64,000 nucleotides of DNA from Myxococcota bacterium. Lineage in GTDB: Bacteria > Myxococcota_A > UBA796 > CAJQPC01. The translations under genes and the position numbers were made by a program. The DNA is taken from NCBI GenBank assembly GCA_036012755.1, contig DASCPX010000047.1, positions 32,001 through 96,000 on the forward strand, in the 5' to 3' direction. The stretch's first letter is position 1; every line of letters begins with the position of its first letter. This document shows positions 29,501 through 38,650 of this stretch, in pieces. Under the pieces are notes generated by a model. The model was given only the letters and a program-made list of their open reading frames with translations. It was not told the DNA's origin and did not search any database.

Positions 29501-30039
29501 GGCGGGACCATCTCGATGGACTGGCGGAGGGCCTCGTCGATGTCGCCGTCGAGCGCGGCCCTGCCGCCCTGGAGCGTGGCCAGCCCGAAGTCGAGGATCT
29601 TCACGCGGCCTTCGTCCAGCAACATGACGTTCTCGGGCTTCAGGTCCCGGTGGACGAGACCCACCCCCTGGCCAGCGCCCATGCCGCGGCAGATCTGCGA
29701 GGCGATGGCCAGGGCCGCCTCGAGCTGGAGGGGGCCGTCCTTGCGCATGACCTCCGCCAGGGTCCGCCCCTCGAGCAGCTCCATGACGAGGTAGCGACTG
29801 CCACCCTGCGCCACGCCGACGTCGAAGACCGTGACGACGTTCGGATGCTGCAGCCGGCAGGTCGTGCGGGCCTCTCGCTCGAAGCGGCTGACCACCTCGG
29901 CGCGCACGGTCAGCTCGGGTCGGAGGAGCTTGATCGCGACGCGCCTGTCGAGGGCTGTCTGGATGCCCTCGTAGACCTCGCCCACACCTCCACGCCCGAT
30001 GGGCCTGAGGATTCGGTAGCGGCTTCCGAGGTCGGTCAT
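26506..30039 (-). CDS. Ser/Thr protein kinase - STAND-type NTPase - TM - pentapeptide repeat protein
   Basis: GRGGVG, VAIK, HRDLKPEN, DFG, GTPRYMAPE; PYRFL/FFGR, Walker A GSSGVGKTS, Walker B LDQLEELF, AHEALI; TM FWRYAAPLLFVALGW; long A(D/N)LxG repeats. Start taken at ATG 30039. Confidence 0.9.
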   Translation of the reverse strand: MTDLGSRYRILRPIGRGGVGEVYEGIQTALDRRVAIKLLRPELTVRAEVVSRFEREARTTCRLQHPNVVTVFDVGVAQGGSRYLVMELLEGRTLAEVMRKDGPLQLEAALAIASQICRGMGAGQGVGLVHRDLKPENVMLLDEGRVKILDFGLATLQGGRAALDGDIDEALRQSIEMVPPEARSLETMAPLGDDEDYEDEVRPPRPPLPSESPGRLTRAGALVGTPRYMAPEQALCWEIDHRSDIYAFGVILYEMLAGRAPFEADSVQGYLSAHVHTPPQPPSLFASIPHPVEQLVLRCLAKDPCARFEHWAALSEELRRIQGVTETRAKGRERTPERLPAEPYRFLAPFSPSTSAIFFGRDDDSGQFLEIWESGEDVPLLALTGSSGVGKTSFLYARIVPALEDIGHEVLVVRGSHEPTLALGQAVTRRLTRHSGETEDRPLPMLLDSLAEIEGRPIAVVLDQLEELFTAGESEDQARFQADIASVVGAGERGVRFVFSIREDYLGQLLRTLHPLPVDQLLRTMPLRPLSTEDLEEALLGPGRSGLPVDYAPFAMEPGLAAEIVRDLVEDDAGEVAPRVQAVGTRLWEMVKDSPEPLISREHYRAGLGGAQGILGRILDEAIEDIEPGDRGLAKELLRALTHLPGSATSRPTSRSGLLAAHTNVEKVDEVLRRLESRWRIVQGYKDPRWPEERAYRIAHEALIARIQDYGEELSERNRARQLFRQGLELWLKGGKQEQDLLLDAHFEVVQQHVGSLVLRTREERAFYRQSHERNYDAWVAREITAKKAARRQRFWRYAAPLLFVALGWSVGQMPTDFAAANATWVRLLSFSGVDGAELQGTSLRFARLHGVRLFAADLSDTDLAGADLSGADLEKANLARASLEGTNLDGARLIGADLSEANLLGASFRQADLRRANLDADLLGSDFVGAIFDAHTIWRDLPPRGAIGPGADASMMVLDRMVFQELDLSEIELNEAHAAEASFRGCHMSDARMLGMHAPRASFALARLGGADLTGAELPGASFAGTELTNAHLVGADLSGASLVGAKLLGASLGGATLDGAFADAKTRWPSDMQPEALGVILLVPGVPLADLRLSGLDLTGAQLRGLDLSGAKLRGSRLTNADLSEAILVDADLREADLTGTNLSDADLSGADLRDAKTGAALLNGVTTSLDTKGL

Positions 30040-30065
30040 CGCGGGCCGAGTGTACGCTCCGACTG

Positions 30066-30968
30066 GTGTTCTTCCTGCTGGCCTGTAGCCGCTACGCGGC
30101 CCCGGATCTCCCAGAGGGGAGCTGGTCTCTCCGCGGCGATGACGTCGTTGGGCAGCTCGAGACCTCCAGGGGCTCGTGCATCGTGAACCTGAGGGCGGAG
30201 CGCTGGGGGACCGGCGGGCCCGTGGACTGCCAGTCCCACGAGGTCCCTGGCCGCTTCGTCTTCCCGATCCAGCTCGGCGTCGGCGAGGCCCTGGCCGTGG
30301 CGGACTGGAAGGGCGAGGTCGTGGTCGTGCCACTGAGCTCGCTGGAGGGCTGGCTCGAGGTCGAACTCAGGGTGGAGGAGGGGGTCGTGGACGTGCCGCC
30401 CTTCGAGGCGGACACTGCCTCCTGGTCCGCCGGGAGCTTCGTGCTCCATGGACACGAGGGCGTCGAAGGCCGGCTGGAGATGGCCTCTCTCGAGATCGAG
30501 CTCTTCTCTGCTCGGCTGTTGACCGACGGGCTGGTCTCCTACGCCACGGAAGAACGAGGGGCCGACCTGGCGCTGCAGGTGGAGGTGGAGCCCAGCCTCG
30601 GGGATCCTGCGATGCTGCTCTTGAACCTGCCGACGGGCCAGCTGGCGCTCCCCGGCGGGCCTCATCCGTGGACGGCGACGTTGGAGCCGGGGGTGGTGGA
30701 GGATCCAGGACAGCGGCGAGCCGCGGCGATCGCGGCTGCGGACGCGGCCGAGGCCGAGCAGATGAAGGCAGTGCTGGCGGCGCTGATGGCCGAGCTCAGC
30801 CCGCCGTGCCTGCTGTCCGATGACTGGACTCCCTACTTCGAGGGCTATGCCCTGACCCTCGAAGAGCGCGACGGCGCCTGTGTGATCGCGGTGGAGCCCG
30901 ACCCGGTCCAGCACCGGAGACGGTTCAGGTACTCCTCGGAGGTTCCGCCGGCTAGGATGGCGCCATGA
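30066..30968 (+). CDS. Hypothetical lipoprotein
   Basis: MFFLLAC lipobox; ATGA-coupled to the next gene. Confidence 0.65.
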   Translation: MFFLLACSRYAAPDLPEGSWSLRGDDVVGQLETSRGSCIVNLRAERWGTGGPVDCQSHEVPGRFVFPIQLGVGEALAVADWKGEVVVVPLSSLEGWLEVELRVEEGVVDVPPFEADTASWSAGSFVLHGHEGVEGRLEMASLEIELFSARLLTDGLVSYATEERGADLALQVEVEPSLGDPAMLLLNLPTGQLALPGGPHPWTATLEPGVVEDPGQRRAAAIAAADAAEAEQMKAVLAALMAELSPPCLLSDDWTPYFEGYALTLEERDGACVIAVEPDPVQHRRRFRYSSEVPPARMAP

Positions 30969-32062
30969 CACTGCTCTTGTCCCTGTCCTGTACCAAGCCA
31001 GCTGTCCCCGTCGGGGATGACTCCTCCGTGGACAGCTCCGTCGAGGACAGCTCCGTCGAGGACACGGACCAGCGCCCGGAGTGGGAGCGGGTGGCGACCT
31101 CCTACGGCGTGCTGACCACCGTCGCCGGCAAGGGGGAGTTCTCGACCAAGAGCTACAACGGCTGGGACGAGAGCTACGAAGGCGGGGACGCGCTCGAGGC
31201 CGAGCTCTCGCGGCCGCACATGGCCCTGACGGACGCCGAGGGGAACATCTACATCGCCGACAAGGACGCCCACGCCGTCCGCAAGGTCGACACCGACGGC
31301 GTCATCACGACGGTGGCGGGGAACGGCAGCGCGGGGGACGGCGGGGACGACCCCGCCCCGGGCACCGAGCAGCCCCTGAGCTCACCCAACGGCATCTGGG
31401 TGCTGCCGGATGGCACCGTCTACATCCACGACATGGGCAACGACAAGGTCCGCAAGCTGGACACGGACGGCGAGCTCACGACGCTGTTCTCCGTGGCCGA
31501 CGCGGGCACTGGCCGCGGGCTCTGGGTCGCAGAGGACGAGTCCCTGGCCTACGTCTCCTGTGGCTCCATCCTCCGCAGTTGGACCCCGGACGGAGGCTCC
31601 GAGGTCCACGCCAGGGGCTTCTCCTCGCTCGGCAACCTGGTCATCGACCCCGACGGACTGGTGGTCGCCGCGGACCGTGGCGGACACACGGTCACCCGCA
31701 TCGAGGCGGACGGGACCAAGGTCCTCATCGCTGGCAACGGCACGACCACCGGCGGCGGAGACGGGGAGCCCGCGCTGGAGACTGGCCTGGGCGAGGCCCG
31801 CGGGGTCTGGTTCCACCCCCTCGGCGGCTACTTCGTGGCCACCCACCAGGGGGGGCAGATCTGGTACGTCGACACCGACGGCATCATCCACCTCTTCATC
31901 GACGGGGACGACGAGCACAGCCACTCCGGCGACGGCGAGGACTACGACACCCAGGGCAAGAAGATCAGCGAGCCCCGGGCGATCACGATGGACGGCGAGG
32001 GTCGCCTCGTCATCACCGAGAACGACTACGGCTACATCCGCGTCGTCGAACTCGCGGAGTGA
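30965..32062 (+). CDS. NHL-repeat beta-propeller lipoprotein
   Basis: MTLLLSLSC; DAEGNIYIADKDAHAVRKVDTDGVITTVAGNG repeats; short DSSV(E) tandem linker. Confidence 0.85.
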   Translation: MTLLLSLSCTKPAVPVGDDSSVDSSVEDSSVEDTDQRPEWERVATSYGVLTTVAGKGEFSTKSYNGWDESYEGGDALEAELSRPHMALTDAEGNIYIADKDAHAVRKVDTDGVITTVAGNGSAGDGGDDPAPGTEQPLSSPNGIWVLPDGTVYIHDMGNDKVRKLDTDGELTTLFSVADAGTGRGLWVAEDESLAYVSCGSILRSWTPDGGSEVHARGFSSLGNLVIDPDGLVVAADRGGHTVTRIEADGTKVLIAGNGTTTGGGDGEPALETGLGEARGVWFHPLGGYFVATHQGGQIWYVDTDGIIHLFIDGDDEHSHSGDGEDYDTQGKKISEPRAITMDGEGRLVITENDYGYIRVVELAE

Positions 32063-32066
32063 TCGC

Positions 32067-32786
32067 TCAGTCGTAGGTGTAGCGGAAGCTCGTCCCGCCG
32101 ATCACGACCCGGTCGCCGTTTCGCAGCGGGTGGGGTCTGCCCTTCTCCAGGGGTTTCTTGTTCACCGAGACCCCGGTGAGCCAACCCTCGCGGGAGACCA
32201 CGTGACGCTTGCCGTCGTAGCCGACGCTGGCGACCACCCCCCAGGTGAACCAGCCGGCGACCTCGATCATGCCTGCGCCGCCGAAGGTCAGGCCTCGGGC
32301 CTCTGGAAACCAGAACCTGCTCCGGTCCTTCACCAGCACCAGGCGAGCTGACTCGACGAGGTCGTCCTCCTCCTGCAGCTTCTTCAGGGCCTCCTTCGTC
32401 ATCGCGAAGGTGCTCGCCTCGACGCCGCCCTTGAACTCGGGCTTGTAGTCCGGGAGGTAGTCCGTGTAGCGGCCCCGGAAGAAGCGGTCCTGCTTGCGGT
32501 CGCCGAGGAACACGAGCTGGAACTTGCCGACCATGATCTCGTCGCCGCTGTTGAGGATGGCGGACCCTTCGATCTTCTTCTTGTTGAGCTGCGTGCCGTT
32601 GGCGCTCCCCAGATCCGACAGGGTCGCGCTGCCGAAGCCGAGCTCGAACTTGCAGTGGTGGCGACTGACAGAGGTGTTCGTCAGGCGCACGTCGCAGTCC
32701 TCGCCCCGACCGACGATGACCTCCTCTTTTGTCAGGTCGAACTTCTGGTGTCCCTTCAGGCCGGTTCGGATCAGCAGGCGCGGCAT
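32067..32786 (-). CDS. FHA domain protein (N-terminal FHA plus second degenerate FHA-like domain)
   Basis: IVGRGEDCDV..SVSRHHC..DLGSANGT; C-terminal VSVN..LRNGDRVVIGGTSF. Confidence 0.85.
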   Translation of the reverse strand: MPRLLIRTGLKGHQKFDLTKEEVIVGRGEDCDVRLTNTSVSRHHCKFELGFGSATLSDLGSANGTQLNKKKIEGSAILNSGDEIMVGKFQLVFLGDRKQDRFFRGRYTDYLPDYKPEFKGGVEASTFAMTKEALKKLQEEDDLVESARLVLVKDRSRFWFPEARGLTFGGAGMIEVAGWFTWGVVASVGYDGKRHVVSREGWLTGVSVNKKPLEKGRPHPLRNGDRVVIGGTSFRYTYD

Positions 32787-32844
32787 GAGCCGATGATAGA
32801 CCCCCGTGCCGACTCGGCGCCTCGCCGGTCCCTTTGGGGCTCTC

Positions 32845-33816
32845 ATGGCCACGCTCAAGCTCGAGAAGATCCAGAAGTCCTATGGCGAGGTGAAGGTCCT
32901 CCACCGCGTGGACTGCGACGTCGCCGACGGCGAGTTCCTCGTGCTCGTGGGGCCTTCGGGCTGTGGCAAGTCGACGCTCTTGCGCTGCATCGCCGGCCTG
33001 GAGCAGATCTCCGAGGGGCAGCTCTGCATCGACGGGCGGCGGATGAACGAGGTCCCACCGCGGGACCGCGACGTCGCCATGGTCTTCCAGTCCTACGCTC
33101 TGTACCCCCACATGACGGTGCGGGAGAACATGGAGTTCGGGCTGAAGGTGCGCAAGACGCCCCGGCCCGAGATCGACCGGCTGGTCGCAGAGGCCGCCAG
33201 CATGCTGGGGCTCGAGGAGCTCCTCGATCGCCTGCCGAAGGCCATGAGCGGTGGCCAGCGCCAGCGGGTCGCGATGGGGCGCGCCATCGTGCGGCGGCCC
33301 AGGGTCTTCCTCTTCGACGAGCCGCTGTCGAACCTCGACGCGGCCTTGCGAAACCAGATGCGCGTGGAGCTGAAGAAGCTCCACCGGGACCTTGGCGCGA
33401 CCATCGTCTACGTGACCCACGACCAGGTCGAGGCCCTGACCCTGGCTGATCGCATCCTGGTCCTCGACCGGGGGGTGGTCCAGCAGCTCGGGACACCGCA
33501 GGAGCTCTTCGACACGCCGGCGAACCGCTTCGTCGCGGGCTTCATCGGCTCCCCCGCGATGAACTTCTTCGATCGCGGCGACGAGGTCCTGGGCGTGAGG
33601 CCCAACGACGTGCGCTTCGGGGGGGATCTCGAGGCGGTCGTCGACGTCGTCGAGCACCTCGGCTGGGAGTGCCACGTCCACCTGCGGCTCGGCGAGGACA
33701 GCCTGACGGCGCGCTGGGAGACCAGGGAGGTCGGCCCGCTTGTTGCCGGGCAGAGCCTCTCGATCGGCTTCGGGAGGACCCACGTCTTCGACGCGGCGAC
33801 GGGACTGCGCAAGTGA
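32845..33816 (+). CDS. Sugar ABC transporter ATP-binding protein (MalK/UgpC family)
   Basis: GPSGCGKS, MVFQSYALYPH, MSGGQRQRVA, DEPLSNLD, YVTHDQ. Confidence 0.95.
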   Translation: MATLKLEKIQKSYGEVKVLHRVDCDVADGEFLVLVGPSGCGKSTLLRCIAGLEQISEGQLCIDGRRMNEVPPRDRDVAMVFQSYALYPHMTVRENMEFGLKVRKTPRPEIDRLVAEAASMLGLEELLDRLPKAMSGGQRQRVAMGRAIVRRPRVFLFDEPLSNLDAALRNQMRVELKKLHRDLGATIVYVTHDQVEALTLADRILVLDRGVVQQLGTPQELFDTPANRFVAGFIGSPAMNFFDRGDEVLGVRPNDVRFGGDLEAVVDVVEHLGWECHVHLRLGEDSLTARWETREVGPLVAGQSLSIGFGRTHVFDAATGLRK

Positions 33817-35912
33817 TCTGGGCGCTCCTCGGCCTCGTCGAGGCCGCCGAGATCCACGTCTGGCACAGCTACCGCGGCGGGGAGCGGGAGGGCTTCGAGC
33901 AGGCGCTGGAGGCATGGGACGCGGACCACCCCGAGCTCGACGTCATCCCGCTGGCGGTGCCCAACGAGTCCTTCGCGAACAAGCTGGAGGCCGCTTCACC
34001 TCGGGGCAACGGACCGGACCTGTTCGTCTATGCCCAGGAGCGCATCGGCGACTGGTCGGCGAAGGGGCTGATCGTGCCGCTTCAAGGCCCGGTCTCGCCC
34101 GACTGGCACCCAAAGACGGTCGAGGCGCTGAGGTGGCAGGACGAGGTCTGGGGCGTGCCGATGGCCTCGAAGGTCCTGGTGCTCTTCTACGACCCGGCCA
34201 TCGGCGAGCCCCCGGCGACCACCGACGAGCTGCTGGAGGTGGCGGCCCGGTGGAGCGGCGACGGGCGCTTCGGCCTGGCCTACGAGAGCTCCAGCCCCTA
34301 CTTCAACGCCGCCTGGCTCCACGGCCACGGCGGAGGCGTGCTCTCTGAGGGTGGCATCGCGCTGGACTCGCCAGAGAACGTCGCGGCCATGACCTTCGTC
34401 AGCGAGCTCGTCGACTCCGGGGTCGTACCCGAGGAGCCCACTGGCGCCATCGTCACCGACCTCTTCAACCAGGGCTCGGCCTCGATGGTCATCAACGGCC
34501 CCTGGTTCCTCGGCGAGATCGACGAGGACGTCGACTTTGCAGTCACCACCTTGCCGATCGTCAGCTCCACCGGCCTCCCGGCGGCCCCCTACCTGACCGT
34601 CGAGGCGGCCTTCGTCTCCGCCTACGCGGAGCAGCCCGAGGCAGCTCGAGAGCTGGCCAGGTACCTCGCGACCCCAGAGGCTGCCCGTGTCCGCGCAGAG
34701 GTCGGCAGGCAGGTCGTCGCCACGGGCATCGAGCTCGACGATCCCGTGCTGGAGGCCTTCGCGCGGCAGCTGGACAACAGCGTGCCCATGCCGATCGTGG
34801 AGGAGATGAGCGCCACCTGGGAGCCCATGGCCCGGGCATACCGGCGGGTGCTGCGGGGCTCGATGGAGCCGGGGCCGGCCCTGGAGAAGGCCGCCTGGGA
34901 GCTGGCCATCGTCACTCGACCCCCACCGGAGACCACCGACTGGCGTCCCTATGCCGTGGGGCTCGGGCTCGTCGTGCTGGGCCTGCTGGCCTGGTCGTCG
35001 CGAAGCGCCTGGAGGGCTCGGAGGGCGATCGTCGCCTGGAAGCACGCCTATGCCTACGTGGCGCCCGCGGCGCTGGCGATGTCCCTGCTCGTGGTCCTGC
35101 CCTTCCTCGTCGGCGCCGGGGTGAGCTTCTTCGCCCACCACCAGGGGGAGTTCACCTTCGTCGGCCTCGCCCACTACGTCGACATCGTGCTGGCCCGGGA
35201 CTGGCCCGTCACCTCGCCCCAGTCCTTCTGGTACACGCTGGTGGTGACCGTGCTGTGGACGGTCTCGAACGTGGCGCTGCACGTCACCCTCGGCGTCGCG
35301 CTGGCGATGCTGTTGCGAGAGAAGTGGGTGCGGATGCGGGGTGTGTTCCGGGTGCTCTTGATCCTGCCCTGGGCCATCCCGAACTACATCACGGCGCTCA
35401 TCTGGAAGATGATGTTCCACACCCAGTTCGGGGCCATCAACGGCCTGTTGTCACTGGGCGGCGTGGAGCCGGTGAGCTGGTTCGGCAGCTTCTCTGCGGC
35501 CTTCGCGGCGAACCTCGCGACGAACACCTGGCTCGGCTTCCCCTTCATGATGGTGGTCACGCTGGGGGCGCTCCAGAGCATCCCTCGGGACCTGGAGGCC
35601 GCGGCAGAGGTCGACGGGGCCTCGGCCTGGCAGCGCTTCCGTCACATCACGCTGCCGCTGTTGAGGCCGGCCTTGTTGCCGGCGGTGATCCTCGGGTCCG
35701 TCTGGACCTTCAACATGTTCAACATCATCTACCTCGTCAGCGGAGGCGAGCCTGACGGCGGCACGGAGATCCTCATCTCGGAGGCCTACCGCTGGGCCTT
35801 CACGCGGCAGCACCAGTACGGCTACGCGGCTGCATACGCGGTGCTCATCTTCGGGGTCCTGATCCTGTACTCGCGGTGGACCAACCGGGTCGCTGGCCAG
35901 AAGGTGCTCTGA
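33813..35912 (+). CDS. Fused MalE-like substrate-binding protein + MalF-like permease
   Basis: GTG 33813, IHVWHSY, GPDLF, INGPW; then TM domain with ILPWAIP, WLGFPFMM, EAA motif AAEVDGASAWQRF. Confidence 0.85.
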   Translation: MIWALLGLVEAAEIHVWHSYRGGEREGFEQALEAWDADHPELDVIPLAVPNESFANKLEAASPRGNGPDLFVYAQERIGDWSAKGLIVPLQGPVSPDWHPKTVEALRWQDEVWGVPMASKVLVLFYDPAIGEPPATTDELLEVAARWSGDGRFGLAYESSSPYFNAAWLHGHGGGVLSEGGIALDSPENVAAMTFVSELVDSGVVPEEPTGAIVTDLFNQGSASMVINGPWFLGEIDEDVDFAVTTLPIVSSTGLPAAPYLTVEAAFVSAYAEQPEAARELARYLATPEAARVRAEVGRQVVATGIELDDPVLEAFARQLDNSVPMPIVEEMSATWEPMARAYRRVLRGSMEPGPALEKAAWELAIVTRPPPETTDWRPYAVGLGLVVLGLLAWSSRSAWRARRAIVAWKHAYAYVAPAALAMSLLVVLPFLVGAGVSFFAHHQGEFTFVGLAHYVDIVLARDWPVTSPQSFWYTLVVTVLWTVSNVALHVTLGVALAMLLREKWVRMRGVFRVLLILPWAIPNYITALIWKMMFHTQFGAINGLLSLGGVEPVSWFGSFSAAFAANLATNTWLGFPFMMVVTLGALQSIPRDLEAAAEVDGASAWQRFRHITLPLLRPALLPAVILGSVWTFNMFNIIYLVSGGEPDGGTEILISEAYRWAFTRQHQYGYAAAYAVLIFGVLILYSRWTNRVAGQKVL

Positions 35913-36761
35913 ATGCGCGGGCCCCCGATCTGGCAGCTCATCGCCACCCACGCGCTGCTCATCTGCGCCACGCTCGCCGTGCTCTACCCGGTGCTGTGGG
36001 TGGTGAAGATGGCGCTGTTGCCCTCGCAGGGCTTCTCCATGGACCCGAACCCCATCCCCACCGAGGTGACGCTGGCGAACTTCGCCGACGTCCTGTTGAC
36101 CAAGGACAGCGCTGGCGGCTGGCTCTTCGGGCGGCAGCTGTTCAACTCCCTGTTCGTCTCCGTGGCCTGCTCCGCCATCGGCATCGGGCTGGCGGTGACC
36201 GCGGGCTACGCCATGAGCCGCTGGGCCTTTCCGGGCCGGGACATCGGCATGTCCTTGTTCCTCGTGACCCAGATGTTCCCTGGCGTCGTGATGGCCGTGC
36301 CGCTCTACATCCTGCTGGATGAGCTCCACATGCTGGACTCCATGCTCGGGCTGGCGCTGGTCTACGCGACCACGGCGGTGCCCTTCTGCACCTGGAACAT
36401 GAAGGGCTACTTCGACACCATCCCCGTCGACCTCGAGGAGGCCGCGCTCATGGACGGCGCCTCGCGCTGGACGACCTTCACGCGCATCATCCTGCCCCTG
36501 TCCAAGCCTGCGCTGGTCGTGACCGGCCTGTTCTCGTTCATGACCGCCTGGAACGAGTTCATCCTGGCTGCCACCTTCCTCTCCGACGAGCGCGCTTTCA
36601 CGCTGCCGGTGGTGCTCAACTCCTACGTCGGCGACTTCGGCACGGAGTGGGGCCGCTTCGCGGCGGGGGCCGTGTTGGTGTCGTTGCCAGTGATGGCCTT
36701 GTTCTTCGCGCTCCAGAAGTACCTGGTCGAGGGCCTCACGGCTGGATCCGTCAAGGGCTGA
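35913..36761 (+). CDS. MalG-like sugar ABC permease
   Basis: QMFP, KGYFDTIP.DLEEAALMDGA, AWNEF, GLTAGSVKG. Confidence 0.9.
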   Translation: MRGPPIWQLIATHALLICATLAVLYPVLWVVKMALLPSQGFSMDPNPIPTEVTLANFADVLLTKDSAGGWLFGRQLFNSLFVSVACSAIGIGLAVTAGYAMSRWAFPGRDIGMSLFLVTQMFPGVVMAVPLYILLDELHMLDSMLGLALVYATTAVPFCTWNMKGYFDTIPVDLEEAALMDGASRWTTFTRIILPLSKPALVVTGLFSFMTAWNEFILAATFLSDERAFTLPVVLNSYVGDFGTEWGRFAAGAVLVSLPVMALFFALQKYLVEGLTAGSVKG

Positions 36762-36823
36762 GGTGGGGGTAGCGGCTGCGGCAGTCCCTGGTGTCTCTAC
36801 AACCCCGTCAGGAGACTTCGGAA

Positions 36824-37307
36824 ATGCTGCTCGCCCTGGTTCTCGGCGCCGAAGCGCGCCCCCTCGAAGACCCGACCTGGTCGATCGAGGCCCACACCCT
36901 CGCCATGCAACGGGACGCCACCGGGGGCTTCGGCGCCGCGGTCGTAGGTGACAAGAACGGCTTCCTGCGCCTCGACGGCCGCTCGCAGGCCAGCGGAGAC
37001 TGGCTCGCCAGGGGTACGGCGGGCTTCGACGTCTTCGGGCGCTGGGACTTCTTCGATCTCACCCTCGGCGCCTCGATGGGCGGAGCCGGGGACTGGCACG
37101 ACTTCGCTCGAGGAAGATCTCGCAGAGTCGCCCTGTCACATTCCGCTCGCCCGCCAGTACTGGGAACACCCCGAGTGGAACGCTTCGATGTGGCATCTCG
37201 GGTCCCCGATAGGGTGGCCGCTGAGCGTGCCGTACATCCGTGAGCCTGTCGTGCTGCGGCGGTACTGGAGGTACGGCGGCGAGTGGGTGCGGCCCTGGCG
37301 CGACTAG
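36824..37307 (+). pseudogene. Apparent chimeric or truncated locus: N-terminus of a secreted beta-rich protein joined out of frame to a Trp-rich C-terminal fragment
   Basis: Protein-like sequence from ATG 36824 to ~37103 (..GGAGDWHD), then only another frame reads sensibly (SLEEDLAESPC..WRD stop 37307). Confidence 0.45.
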
Positions 37308-37319
37308 TGCCCGAGAGAA

Positions 37320-38642
37320 CTAGGCGCCGCGCGCCTGGGCGATGGCCTTGTCGTGTGATCTCGTAGCGATGGCTCCCCAGTCCGCGGTGGCCCCGAGCCG
37401 TCTCCCGAGGCTGTAGACGCCCGTCAGGGTGCGGTGGACGTAGACCATCTCCTTGGGCACGCGCACGCTCCGGTGGAGCAGGTAGCGGGGCATGAGCGCT
37501 TGGAGGTCGTCGATCACCCGGTCCTCTGGGCCGCCGAGGGTGACCTCGCCGGCGAGGAAGGGCTGGCATATCACCCAGATGATCTCCCAGGCGACGTCCT
37601 CGGCCCCAGGGCTCGTCGAGGTCAGCCCGCCGATGCTGCGCAGCCCGTCGAGGGTCTCTGCACGACGCCCGGCGAAGGCGTTCTGGACGAGGGTGGCGTA
37701 GTCGGCCATCCAGAACTCGTCGAAGCGCTTCACGCAGCCGAAGTCCAGCAAGGCGACGGCGCCGTCCTCGGTGAAGAGGTAGTTTCCCTCGTGGGGATCG
37801 GCGTGGAGCACGCGGGCCTCGAAGAGCTGGTAGTGGAAGCTCTCGGCGATGGTCCGCGCCGCGCGGTCCCGGGCCTCCTTGGAGCCCTTCTGTCGAAACT
37901 CGGACAGGGGCATGCCGGGCAGCCGGTCCATCGTGAGGACCCGCTCCGTGCACCACTTGGGGTGGGTCTTCGGCACGGAGAGACCCTCGAAGCGGGCGAG
38001 CACACGGCTCAGCTCCTCGATGTTCGCGGCCTCCTGGTAGTAGTCGAGCTCCTCGGACAGCCGCGCCTCGATCTCGTCGAAGATGTCCACCAGCTCTGCC
38101 TTCGAGCGGTTCATCAGGCGCCCGGTGACGAACATCGAGCGCAGGGCGAACAGGTCGGCGGCGACCGCGTCCTCGATCTGTCGGTGAAGGACCTTGACGA
38201 CCACCTCGGTTCCGTCCGGAAGCCGAGCTGCGTGCGCCTGGGCCAGGCTGGCCGTCCCGAGTGGTGCCGGGTCGATCCAGGAGAAGAGCTCGTCGATCGG
38301 CGCCTCGAGCTCCAGCTCGATGTCCTCGCGCACGATCTCGAAGGGCACGGGCTCTGCCTTGTCGTTGAGCTCGCGGAGGGCGCCGGCGACGTCTTCGGGG
38401 AGGTCCATGCCCTCGGCCACCTGGGCCAGGGACTGGCCGACCTTCATCGCCGCGCCCTTGAGCGCCCCCATGGTCTTCACGACCTCTCGTGCGCCTCGAA
38501 CCTGGACCTCGCGCTCGCTCTGGGCCCGCTCCTTGGCGCCCTGGAAGGCCCCCTTGACCTTTTGACCGAGCCAGCTCCCGCCGACCCTGGAGCTCACGCC
38601 CGTGATGCGAGCGATGCGCGACAGTCGTCCCTTCTTGGCCAT
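37320..38642 (-). CDS. ABC1/AarF/UbiB family atypical kinase
   Basis: LKGAAMKVGQ, TASLAQAH, VVVKV, ELDYYQEA, HADPHEGN, LDFG. Confidence 0.9.
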   Translation of the reverse strand: MAKKGRLSRIARITGVSSRVGGSWLGQKVKGAFQGAKERAQSEREVQVRGAREVVKTMGALKGAAMKVGQSLAQVAEGMDLPEDVAGALRELNDKAEPVPFEIVREDIELELEAPIDELFSWIDPAPLGTASLAQAHAARLPDGTEVVVKVLHRQIEDAVAADLFALRSMFVTGRLMNRSKAELVDIFDEIEARLSEELDYYQEAANIEELSRVLARFEGLSVPKTHPKWCTERVLTMDRLPGMPLSEFRQKGSKEARDRAARTIAESFHYQLFEARVLHADPHEGNYLFTEDGAVALLDFGCVKRFDEFWMADYATLVQNAFAGRRAETLDGLRSIGGLTSTSPGAEDVAWEIIWVICQPFLAGEVTLGGPEDRVIDDLQALMPRYLLHRSVRVPKEMVYVHRTLTGVYSLGRRLGATADWGAIATRSHDKAIAQARGA

Positions 38643-38650
38643 GGCAGACC

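Noticed and set aside
23878..30039. Integrated mobile element or defence island around hipBA
   Set aside because: No integrase, transposase, att repeats or tRNA seen.
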